This document shows, one piece after another, positions 20,101 through 27,921 of a stretch of 64,000 nt of DNA. The stretch's first letter is position 1. Each line of letters opens with the position of its first letter. The notes under the pieces are model-generated. The model had not been told where the DNA came from. It did no database searches and saw nothing but the letters and a program-made list of their open reading frames with translations. Source of the DNA: Planctomycetota bacterium (GTDB lineage Bacteria > Planctomycetota > SZUA-567 > H5-PLA8); contig JBBRPR010000020.1 of the NCBI GenBank assembly GCA_038227875.1, forward strand, positions 32,001 through 96,000, written 5' to 3'. A program made the translations under genes and the position numbers.

Positions 20101-20593
20101 AGACGCGGAGTTTCTTGAGTTTCGAGAGCTCCAATTTCTCAGCGCCGCCATCCTTCGCGACCCACCAGATCGGAAACGCGACGGTGGTCGATCCGGGATC
20201 CAGTGGCATGGCGAACGTCGCGGCGCCACCGTCGGTGCCCAGTATCAGCTTGGCCTGCACGCGCACCTTGCCGGCGTTCTGTACGTCGAAGCGGAGCAGA
20301 TCGGATTTCGAGAGATCCTTTTCGCCACTCCACAATTCGATCGTTGGCCCCTCCTCACGCGCAGGGAACGTCGCGGAGAGCCAGCCTTCGCCGACCTCCA
20401 CTTTGGTTTGCGGATGCAGCGATTTTGCCGTGGAGTTTTGTTTGTCGGTGTAATCCGTCAGAACTACCTGCTCCAGCACCGGGCGCTTGAGCAGCAAGCG
20501 TTCGGGGGTGGCTTCAACGGCGAATGCGGAGCAGAGGAAGCCCTGTAAAGCAAGAACCAGACAAGTGATTGCTGCCTTGATGGAGTGCGGCAT
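17156..20593 (-). CDS. Large secreted glycoside hydrolase-like protein (GH123/DUF4091-like core with a C-terminal CBM9-like module)
   Basis: Signal peptide from the ATG at 20593; NEFEPVTFAV, PAGTPAGEYKG, VTDEP, KYENVREGIDDHRY; C-terminal PAIDG...WEDDSVELFLD...WRVEMSV...WGVNLCR. Confidence 0.75.
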   Translation of the reverse strand: MPHSIKAAITCLVLALQGFLCSAFAVEATPERLLLKRPVLEQVVLTDYTDKQNSTAKSLHPQTKVEVGEGWLSATFPAREEGPTIELWSGEKDLSKSDLLRFDVQNAGKVRVQAKLILGTDGGAATFAMPLDPGSTTVAFPIWWVAKDGGAEKLELSKLKKLRVSIPRQGDPANLKFGKVAAQKVFTDASKLQLFTFGSTTPGAIPINPKSIFENDKTYGVSGTDIGVQNWQPKFPLLGSDIVGTNLAFTTKVPDGDYEVHAVAFGTSWQGVRSSSYRILAGEAPLVDVKVTPENFYTFDNQYYGANLFYNPARSLFDQYHRKYFEGHRFETKAADGKLALKFENCGVHALWVYPKAMAEEGRAFVECCYAEEAYGLWLNQARVRDHEAPKNGVAANAADQQRGYQLFARNYQYRVYPNSQPTNEELIPDGLKVACAANEFEPVTFAVRPLKDLGVAKLAISELAAGDKKLAPETLEKFIVKYFPQKVDGFWYEPLPTVLYPYFDAELKKDWNTQYWMTLHVPAGTPAGEYKGTITLTPANGEAAKIALTITVYPFDLPKTKTECGMWDNGALSSHQIDAFPNDEAASKILDAECKNMTEHGLNCFSFDGPTAKSYDFGTQSATLDFHVYDLKAAAIKKFGMTGRHKFGVDGLAKYGLLKHGFTEFSPQYNTALKQMMADVRDWMKKNDINGILQVTDEPRETELNDWNFNRRDTIKLLRLAREVPGLKTMVTIMGDKDAFGRPYAPLVSLIDVMSTHSWPGSDNIIYLAGVEKIADFWCYNNGFTRFAHGYYLWKCKALGHWQWVYSWEVCNANVPVFFEQESSAIFVCPGGFLNTLKYENVREGIDDHRYLELLNETLNITDKTTPAAKDTQAFLTVLNKFLPEYPEDIGQTTGAEAGGTYDESKATAYFDFWRAQIAEYIVAMKENRVAKKVDAAWAMFPKQALEEDRRVICKLVAKGPAIDGKGSDPVWKDATEVTDFVNLAQGIFAPVQTHVNTLCDGEKLYFLFTCNEPKYGELKGYAINRDDACWEDDSVELFLDTKHDKQTYKHIAINCLGTIEDEDGRDPLWNGDIQTAVSKEKGLWRVEMSVTLKSLGAEAKEGGVWGVNLCRNRQPQPSETSSWAFVGHSFHNPSKFGTMEFKR

Positions 20594-20784
20594 GAGTGCG
20601 GGTGACTCCTGTTTTAGCTTTGAGCTACACGTGATCAACGGAAGTGTATACACTGGAAAAGTCATAACAGTTTAACAATTGCGGGGTGGTACTTAGTACG
20701 CCACAAAATGGAATTCGGCTCTTTTTTCCCGAATGATTTTGAGGGCATCGGGCCTCGTAACTGTTAAGGATCCCGGAGGCGTTA

Positions 20785-21396
20785 GTGGGTGTCGGGTCCG
20801 AGTACTTGAACGACACGGCTCTGGCTAAGCGGATGCTGGCCGGAGACGAGCGTGCGTTTGAGGATTTCTTCGCAGCGTATTTTCCCGGGCTGTTCCGGTT
20901 CGCGCTTTTCCGCGTCGAAAGCGATGCCGGCGCGGCGGAGGAAATTACGCAGGCTGCGCTGTGCGCGGCGATGCTGAAGATCGAAAGCTACCGGGGCGAA
21001 GCGCCGCTGTTTTCGTGGCTGTGTACGTTCTGTCGTCACGAAATTTCGGCCTACTACACCCGCATGCAGCGTTCGCCGGCCTCGCTGGGCATTGCCGACG
21101 ACGAGGCCGTGCAGGCGGTGCTCGATTCGCTTCAGGCGGCGGAATACCACGGCCCGGAGCAGACGCTGCGCCGCAAGGAGCTGGCGGAACTGGTGCGTCA
21201 GGCGCTCGACCGCCTGCCTCACCATTACGGTAACGCGTTGGAATGGAAGTACGTCGAGAATCTGTCGGTGAACGAAATCGCGGAACGTCTGGGCATGGGG
21301 CCCAAGGCCGCGGAATCGTTGTTAATGCGCGCGCGCACGGCTTTTCGCGAATGTTTCGCGGCCGTCTGTGGCGGGCAGTCTAATCTGGAAACGTAG
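20785..21396 (+). CDS. ECF sigma-70 factor (FecR-paired)
   Basis: AEEITQAAL...SYRGEAPLFSWLCTFCR and region 4 LSVNEIAERLG...SLLMRAR; followed by fecR. Confidence 0.92.
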   Translation: MGVGSEYLNDTALAKRMLAGDERAFEDFFAAYFPGLFRFALFRVESDAGAAEEITQAALCAAMLKIESYRGEAPLFSWLCTFCRHEISAYYTRMQRSPASLGIADDEAVQAVLDSLQAAEYHGPEQTLRRKELAELVRQALDRLPHHYGNALEWKYVENLSVNEIAERLGMGPKAAESLLMRARTAFRECFAAVCGGQSNLET

Positions 21397-21399
21397 CGA

Positions 21400-21431
21400 T
21401 CTCCCTTAGTGACCCGAGTCATTAAGGGAGA
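21400..21431 (+). other. 14-bp stem-loop between the ECF sigma and fecR (possible mRNA stability or attenuation element)
   Basis: TCTCCCTTAGTGAC-CCGA-GTCATTAAGGGAGA (one G-U pair); no U-tract; the 3' arm includes a purine-rich AAGGGAG. Confidence 0.5.
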
Positions 21432-21443
21432 ACTGGGAATCAA

Positions 21444-22448
21444 ATGGCCAATCGAGCCCGTGCGAACGATACACCGGAAGGGCAGGATCCCCTGGCGGAT
21501 TTAATCCGCTCTGCGGGCCGCCGTCCGCCCATCGCGCCGGGCCGCGAGCAGCGCGTCCACAAAGCGGTGATGGAGGAGTGGAAGCGCGTGGTGCGCAAGC
21601 GCCGCCTCCGGCGCCTCTCGATTTTCATTCCCTCCGGACTGGTGGCGGCGGCGGTGCTGTTTGCCGTGGCCTCGCACCTCCTCAAGGCAGCCGCGCCCAA
21701 ACCGCAAACGGTCGCCACGATTGAATTTCTCGATGGCACACTCAACGAAAGCCGCACCAATTCTCTCCGCGCCGTGAAACTCGGCGACGCCATCACCACC
21801 GACAGCACGCTCGAAACCACGGCCACCGGCCGCGCGTCGTTGCGCCTGGCGGACGGACAGTCTTTGCGCCTGGATGTGGGCACGAAGTTGCGCATCCTCT
21901 CGAGCGGCTTTCATCTCGAAACCGGCGCCGTATACGTGGATTCGGCCAAGCCTTCAGGCTCGAAAGCCAAGGAGTCGGTGCGCATCGAGACCGATTACGC
22001 GGAAATCCGCGACGTCGGTACGCAATTTGAAGTTCGCTTGATCGAAGCCGCACGGCCGCTCTCCGTCCGCGTGCGCGAAGGGCGCGTGGATTTCAAGCGC
22101 GGCACCGACAAGGCCTCGGTCGGCGCCGGTGAGGAACTGACCTCCGCGCCCACGGGTCAGTTTGTGGCTCGCAAAATTTCCCTCGCCGATCCGCTCTGGG
22201 ATTGGGCTTCGGCCTGCGCGCCAGCGGTGCATCTCGATGGTCTGTCGTTGGAATTCGCGGTGACGTGGATCTGCCGCGAGCAAGGCTGGCAATTCAGCTA
22301 CGAAACCGAAGCGGCAAAGGCGCTGGCGAAGAAAACAATTCTGCATGGTTCGCTTGATGGCATTCCGCCACGCCGGGCGCTCGACGCCGTGCTGCCCGCA
22401 TCGGGATTGACCTATTCGTTCGATGGCACCTCAGTCCACATCAAATAA
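21444..22448 (+). CDS. FecR-family anti-sigma/signal transducer
   Basis: Single TM helix; FecR domain (LRLADGQSLRLDVGT...LETGAVYVD...RDVGTQFEV...VRVREGRV) plus a C-terminal FecR_C-like domain (LDGLSLE...WICREQG...LDAVLPASGL). Confidence 0.9.
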   Translation: MANRARANDTPEGQDPLADLIRSAGRRPPIAPGREQRVHKAVMEEWKRVVRKRRLRRLSIFIPSGLVAAAVLFAVASHLLKAAAPKPQTVATIEFLDGTLNESRTNSLRAVKLGDAITTDSTLETTATGRASLRLADGQSLRLDVGTKLRILSSGFHLETGAVYVDSAKPSGSKAKESVRIETDYAEIRDVGTQFEVRLIEAARPLSVRVREGRVDFKRGTDKASVGAGEELTSAPTGQFVARKISLADPLWDWASACAPAVHLDGLSLEFAVTWICREQGWQFSYETEAAKALAKKTILHGSLDGIPPRRALDAVLPASGLTYSFDGTSVHIK

Positions 22449-22466
22449 TTCAAAAGGAGCGATCCG

Positions 22467-24677
22467 GTGAACTTCCGCGCTCGATTTGCTGCCTGCATGC
22501 TGGCGGTCGCAATGATCGCCTCCGCCGCTCTTGCCGCCGATGCTCCCTCGAAGCGCTATGCCGGCCGAACGCTGGAAAGTGCATTGGAAGACCTGCGTAG
22601 CCAGGGCGTGAAGTTGATTTATAGCTCGGCGCTGGTCACGCCGGAGATGAAAGTCGCCGCCGAACCCGAAGGCAAGACGCCGCGTGAACTGCTGGAAAAA
22701 ATGGTCGAAGCGAGCGGCTTGCACGTCGCCGCCGGACCCAACGACACGCTCGTCGTCGTCAAGGACCTCCCGACGCAGACCGCCGGTGTGTCGAATGTCG
22801 GCGTGGTCAGCTTCGTCAAAATTGTATCCGACAAAATCGAAGACGTTTCCAGCATGGACGCGTGGAAGAAATCGTTCATCAAAGATGGCATGACCGACGA
22901 GCAGAAAGCATTGGCGGTATGGCAGACGGTGGTGAAGTTCCGACACCAGACGTCTCCGCCCAATGAATTCCTGGGCGAGGGCAATGTTCACGACCCGATC
23001 AAGACATTCAACGTCTACGGTTATGGCATGTGCTGCTGCGCGTCGTCGAACATCGAGGCGCTGGCGCGCTACGCCGGACTGAAGGCGCAGGGCCGCGGGC
23101 TCAGCGGACATAGTGTCCCGGAAGTTTTCTGGGACGGCGCGTGGCATCTGCTCGACGGATCATTGATCACGTATTTTCCGAAGCCCGATAAAAAAATCGC
23201 GAGCGTCGACGAGATCGTCGAGAGCATTGCCGACTGGTTCACGAAAAATCCCGGCATGAAAGGCAAAGACGCCAAGGAACTGATGGCGTTCATGCGCGGC
23301 CAGGGGTGGAAGAAGGGACCGGTCGTCCTGTCTAATTGCCCCTTCTATGGTGAGAACGGTTGGCTTCCGGCGGCCACGCACGGCTGGTATTCGACGATCG
23401 GGGAATACGACGGCGCCAACAAATTCATCTATGAGTACACGTATTCGCAGGGCTATCAGGTGAACGTTCAATTGCGAGAAGGCGAGAAGCTGACGCGCAA
23501 TTGGTTCAATAAGGGACTCCACATCAATCAGGAAGGCGATTCGCCCATCAACGAAAAAGTCGGCGAAGGCGATATGAAGTACGCCGTGGAGTACGGCGAT
23601 CTTGCGCCCGGACGCATTGGCAACGGTTCTCTGGAATATGACCTGCCGCTGGCTTCCGGGGCTTATCAAACGGCAGCATTGGTCGCGGAAAATCTCGTCA
23701 GCAAATCCGAGGCGCGCGCCGGTCCGGCGGTACAAGTGAAGGACGCCGCAAAGCCGGGCGTGCTGGTCGTCCGCATGCCCAGCAGCTACGTTTTTCTCGG
23801 TGGCGCGCTGAGCTACAACGCGGTCGTGGGGCAGGGCGGGGAAGTGACCGTCTCCTTCTCCGACAACAACGGACTGGCGTGGACGGAAGTGTCCAAAGCT
23901 GGCGTCTCAGGTCCGATGAGCGTGGAGCTGAAGCCGAGGATTCTGCGCCGCTACGATTACCGCCTGAAGTTCGAACTAAAAGGCAGCGGTACGGGACTCG
24001 ATGCCGTGAAGATCGTCAACGATATCCAGAACTCCCAGCGCGCCCTGCCGGCCCTGGCTCAAGGAAAGAACACGATCACCTTCAGTGCCGGCGCAGCAGA
24101 AGGCACGATCACCGTCGAGCCGAATCTGAACTACGAGCACAAAGACAAGAATGTTTTCGTCACGGATTTCACCAAGAACATGACGGGATTCAATCCGACC
24201 GATTTTTTCATGGCCGGCGCCAAAGCGCAGATCACCTTTCCAGTTGAAACGCCGGGTGAGATGACGCGCATCCGCATGGGTTGCCAATACCGCGCGCGCA
24301 GCGTGAGCGAAGGTTGGGATTTTCAGGTCTCATTCGACGACGGCAAGACGTTCAGGACCATCGACAAGGCCGAAGGCCCGGTCGCCGGCTTCTGCAAGTA
24401 CACGACCTTCGCCGAGATCCCGCCCGGGACAAAGAGTGCCCTGATCCGCTATTCCGGAACGCAGAACAACACCTGCGGCCTGTTCGGCGTCACGATTAAC
24501 GCCGACTACAAGGAACCGCACGGCGGCTTCCGGCCCGTGAAGGTCACGTATGTCTGGGAAGAGAACGGCGCCGAGAAAAAGGATGTACACGTCGCCACGA
24601 AAGAAAACGAAACATACACGATCGATTGTGCAACCAAGCCAACGATGAAATCCTTGATCGTCGAATTGGCGAACTAA
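22467..24677 (+). CDS. Secreted protein: STN-like signalling domain fused to a transglutaminase-like Cys-His-Asp core and beta-rich domains
   Basis: AAAGGAG RBS; signal peptide; GRTLESALEDL...LIYSS...ELLEKMVEASGL (STN-like); YGMCCC, GHSVPEVFWDGAWHLLD (transglutaminase-core pattern). Confidence 0.8.
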   Translation: MNFRARFAACMLAVAMIASAALAADAPSKRYAGRTLESALEDLRSQGVKLIYSSALVTPEMKVAAEPEGKTPRELLEKMVEASGLHVAAGPNDTLVVVKDLPTQTAGVSNVGVVSFVKIVSDKIEDVSSMDAWKKSFIKDGMTDEQKALAVWQTVVKFRHQTSPPNEFLGEGNVHDPIKTFNVYGYGMCCCASSNIEALARYAGLKAQGRGLSGHSVPEVFWDGAWHLLDGSLITYFPKPDKKIASVDEIVESIADWFTKNPGMKGKDAKELMAFMRGQGWKKGPVVLSNCPFYGENGWLPAATHGWYSTIGEYDGANKFIYEYTYSQGYQVNVQLREGEKLTRNWFNKGLHINQEGDSPINEKVGEGDMKYAVEYGDLAPGRIGNGSLEYDLPLASGAYQTAALVAENLVSKSEARAGPAVQVKDAAKPGVLVVRMPSSYVFLGGALSYNAVVGQGGEVTVSFSDNNGLAWTEVSKAGVSGPMSVELKPRILRRYDYRLKFELKGSGTGLDAVKIVNDIQNSQRALPALAQGKNTITFSAGAAEGTITVEPNLNYEHKDKNVFVTDFTKNMTGFNPTDFFMAGAKAQITFPVETPGEMTRIRMGCQYRARSVSEGWDFQVSFDDGKTFRTIDKAEGPVAGFCKYTTFAEIPPGTKSALIRYSGTQNNTCGLFGVTINADYKEPHGGFRPVKVTYVWEENGAEKKDVHVATKENETYTIDCATKPTMKSLIVELAN

Positions 24678-24683
24678 TCCGAC

Positions 24684-26879
24684 CTACTTCAGAAAGTCCG
24701 GCATATACCCGTCGCTCTTGCCGCCCTGATCTTCCATCTGCTTCTTCCGTTCGCGTTCCTTGCGTGCGGCTTCTTCCTTGCGAAGTTGCTTGTACGAGCC
24801 GCTCGGGATGCGGTCTTCCAGCGGCGTGCCGTCGTCGCGTCTGCCTTTTCCGGCGACGACGATGATCGCCGGTTCGGTCATGAACTTTTCCTGCTCGACG
24901 TTGATGTGATTGCAGCGCGTCTGGCAGAGCCCGCAGCCGACGCATTTATCGTGAACGACAACCGGCGCGAGGAAGCCGGTGCCGTCGATCGGAATTCCCT
25001 GCTCGTCGACTTCGGCGCGGACGCGGTTGAATTCGATCGCGTTGTATCCGGCGGCGGTGCATTCATCGACGCAGAGCTGGCAGGCCTGTTTGCCGGCGAT
25101 GGGCAGGCAAGTCTGCATGTTCAAAATCGCGAGGCCCAGTCGCGCTTCACGTTTTTCGACCAGCGGAATCGCGCGGATCGCACCCGTCGGACAGACCTGG
25201 CCGCAATTGTTGCAGCTCGTCTCGCAGCCCGCGAAATTCGGGTTGATCTCCGGCGTCCACAATCCTTCCAGTCCTTGTTTGAAGCCGACCGGTTGCAGCA
25301 CTTTACTTGGGCAGGCCTTGAAACATTCGCCGCAGCGAATGCAGGCCTCAAGGAACTGTGCCTCCGGCAAACTTCCCGGCGGACGAACCGGCACGGGTCG
25401 CGACGGATCGTCGATCCCCGCGCCAAACGCGTTGCGCATCCCGAAGACCGTCAGCAGCGAGACGCCGGTTCCTGCCAGAAAGCCGCGTCGATTCAGCGCC
25501 ACTTCGCTCACGGGCGGATCGTTGACGGGTTTGAGGTCGGAGATGTTCCAGCGTTCTACAAATTTGATCGCGTGGGTCGGGCAGACACCGCCGCAGGATT
25601 GGCAGAGCGTGCAATCGGCCGTCCGCGTAGTGAAGTCGGCCTTGATTGCGTCGAAGGGGCAGATCTCTACGCATTTGTTGCAATGAATACAGCTCGATTC
25701 CACTTTCCGTTCGGAGACGCGGAAGAGATTGAAGACGGAGAAGACGGCGCCCGACGGACAGACATAGCGGCACCAGAATCGCTTCCGCAACAAACCGAGC
25801 CCGAGTACGGCAAGAAACAACACGATCGAAACAATTTGCCCGAAGTTGATCGCGGGGACCTGGTGCCAGCCGCGCATAAAGCCCAATTGGAAGGGCTCTA
25901 GGATGTAGAGCATGCCGCGCGTGATCACGGGAATCGCAGCGACGAAGCCGGAGAGCAGCACGCCGCAGAGTGCCGAGACGATCACGCCGGTGAGGATGTA
26001 ATACTTGAGGTGGACCCACCAGCCTTCGCCTTTGACTTTGAAGACGTTGACGCGCTTGCCGATCGCCCAGTCGAAGACGTCGATCAGTGTGCCGAGCGGA
26101 CAGAGGTAGCCGCAGAATCCGCGCGGGAAGATCAGGCAGACGGCGAGAATTCCCAGCGCCCAGCTCAGCGACCATTCCCACGTGCGCGAACAGATTGCCG
26201 TCGAGATGGAGACGAGCGGGTCGATGATCAGGAAGATCTCCGCCGGCACCTTCTCTTTGCGTTCGCGGTCGTCGGTGTAGTGAGAGATCCAGAGCTGCGC
26301 CTGCTCATCCGGATTGTGGACGATGGCGAGCACCAGGTCGGTCGGCGTGGTCTTCTCGGCCGTTGCGATTTCGCGGAGATCTCGGCCGACCCAATCGGGG
26401 TGCGGCCCGTACTTGCCGAGGATCACGTTGCCGCGCGCGCCGCGCCGCGCAAAGTCAGCGTCGATCTCCGCATGGATGCGCGTGGCATCGGCCGCGTCGT
26501 TCAGGCGGCCCAGCATCATGTCCTTGCCGCCGTCACGCGCCCACGCAGGCACGAACATCTGCTCCACGGTTGTACGCGCGTCAGGTTGTGCGTTGTAGGG
26601 CCAGCAGACATAGAAAAAGAGCACGAGGAAGAGCACGAAGCACACCGCTTGAACGCCGCGGCGCAACGGGGCCGATTGCGTAACCGGCCCAATCTTCTTG
26701 ATGGCGCGGCGGATCAGGCCGGGTTTGCCTTTGAGCGGATCGGAGAAGAACGCTGCGGGAAGAATCTTTTGCGCGGCGCGTTCAAACAAGCCAGGCGGCT
26801 TGGGTTCCGTGCCCTTTTTGGGGCGGCGAAGGAACGGGAGGAAGTGATTGAGATTCATGCGCATCCCACCCGGGTTCAC
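24684..26879 (-). CDS. Membrane polyferredoxin (NapH/MauN-like domain fused to a NapG/MauM-like 4Fe-4S domain)
   Basis: RGFCGYLCPLG and RFWCRYVCPSG motifs, multiple CxxCxxCxxxCP clusters, internal NRRGFL and VRPPGS. Confidence 0.9.
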   Translation of the reverse strand: MNPGGMRMNLNHFLPFLRRPKKGTEPKPPGLFERAAQKILPAAFFSDPLKGKPGLIRRAIKKIGPVTQSAPLRRGVQAVCFVLFLVLFFYVCWPYNAQPDARTTVEQMFVPAWARDGGKDMMLGRLNDAADATRIHAEIDADFARRGARGNVILGKYGPHPDWVGRDLREIATAEKTTPTDLVLAIVHNPDEQAQLWISHYTDDRERKEKVPAEIFLIIDPLVSISTAICSRTWEWSLSWALGILAVCLIFPRGFCGYLCPLGTLIDVFDWAIGKRVNVFKVKGEGWWVHLKYYILTGVIVSALCGVLLSGFVAAIPVITRGMLYILEPFQLGFMRGWHQVPAINFGQIVSIVLFLAVLGLGLLRKRFWCRYVCPSGAVFSVFNLFRVSERKVESSCIHCNKCVEICPFDAIKADFTTRTADCTLCQSCGGVCPTHAIKFVERWNISDLKPVNDPPVSEVALNRRGFLAGTGVSLLTVFGMRNAFGAGIDDPSRPVPVRPPGSLPEAQFLEACIRCGECFKACPSKVLQPVGFKQGLEGLWTPEINPNFAGCETSCNNCGQVCPTGAIRAIPLVEKREARLGLAILNMQTCLPIAGKQACQLCVDECTAAGYNAIEFNRVRAEVDEQGIPIDGTGFLAPVVVHDKCVGCGLCQTRCNHINVEQEKFMTEPAIIVVAGKGRRDDGTPLEDRIPSGSYKQLRKEEAARKERERKKQMEDQGGKSDGYMPDFLK

Positions 26880-26898
26880 TGCCGCTTAAAAGACTTCG

Positions 26899-27909
26899 TT
26901 ACTTTGCGTCCTTGGACTTCTCCGGCTTGCCCGCGACTGCTTTTGCAGCGCTGGCAAGGGTGAGACGCGCAACGCGGTTGGCTTGCTGCGCGACCCAGAT
27001 ATTTCCGTCTGGCCCCGTGCCAATACAGAACGGTTGGGAGTTCGGTGTCGGCAAGGCGATCTCCGTGATCTTGCCGTCGGGAGTAATGCGCGCGATTTTA
27101 CCCAGTTTGAATTCGCAGAAGTATACATTTCCATCCGTTCCGCTCGTAATTCCCAGCGGCTGGGCGTTGGCGGAGGGCAGGGGATACTCGGTGGCCTCAC
27201 CTTTCATGCTCAGGCGGCCGATGGCGTTGACCTTGTCGGCGGTGAACCAGATGTTGCCATCGGCGCCGAAGGCCAGTTCGCGGCCGCCATTCTTCACGGG
27301 GAACTCGGTGATCTTGCCCTCCGGCGTGATCTGCCCGATGTTCGGCTTGTCCCATTCCGTGAACCAGAGATTGCCATCCGGTCCAGCGACGATGCAGTAC
27401 GGCTTGCACGCGGCCGTCGGGATGGGAAATTCCGTGATCTCGCCCTTGGTCGTAATGCGCGCGATTTTGTTGCCGGCCATCTCGGTGAACCAGAGATTCT
27501 TGTCCGGCCCGGCCGTGATCTCGCGCGGCCAGCATACTGCGGTGGGGAGTTTGAACGCGCCGTTGAATTCTCCCGTGGGCGTCATGCGGCGGATCATGTT
27601 CTCATCGCGCGACGAGAAATAGAGATTGCCGTCGGAACCGGCCGCGATGCCTTGAAGCACGCCGGCTTCCTTGGCGGGAACGGCGAATTCAGTGAACTCA
27701 CCTTTCGGCGTGAGTTTGAGAATCTTGTGCTTCAACACTTCCGTTACCCACAGGTTGCCGTCGGGCCCAACCGTGAGCGCCTGCGGGCGATGGCCTTCCG
27801 TTGAGAGCGGAAATTCGACGATGTCGTCGCTGGCGCGCAACGCGGCGCTGAAAAGTACTGCGATAAGTGAGACCAGCACTGCCAGATGAATTTTCATTCG
27901 CATCTCCAA
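26899..27909 (-). CDS. Secreted Vgb-family (virginiamycin B lyase-like) beta-propeller
   Basis: Signal peptide and about 7 repeats of P..I..GPDGNLWFTE...IARIT..G.ITEF. Confidence 0.85.
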   Translation of the reverse strand: MEMRMKIHLAVLVSLIAVLFSAALRASDDIVEFPLSTEGHRPQALTVGPDGNLWVTEVLKHKILKLTPKGEFTEFAVPAKEAGVLQGIAAGSDGNLYFSSRDENMIRRMTPTGEFNGAFKLPTAVCWPREITAGPDKNLWFTEMAGNKIARITTKGEITEFPIPTAACKPYCIVAGPDGNLWFTEWDKPNIGQITPEGKITEFPVKNGGRELAFGADGNIWFTADKVNAIGRLSMKGEATEYPLPSANAQPLGITSGTDGNVYFCEFKLGKIARITPDGKITEIALPTPNSQPFCIGTGPDGNIWVAQQANRVARLTLASAAKAVAGKPEKSKDAK

Positions 27910-27921
27910 TTTGGAAGAAAT

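Noticed and set aside
26899..27909. Streptogramin resistance gene (vgb)
   Set aside because: Only the propeller repeat is recognisable; the signal peptide and redox-operon context argue against asserting resistance.
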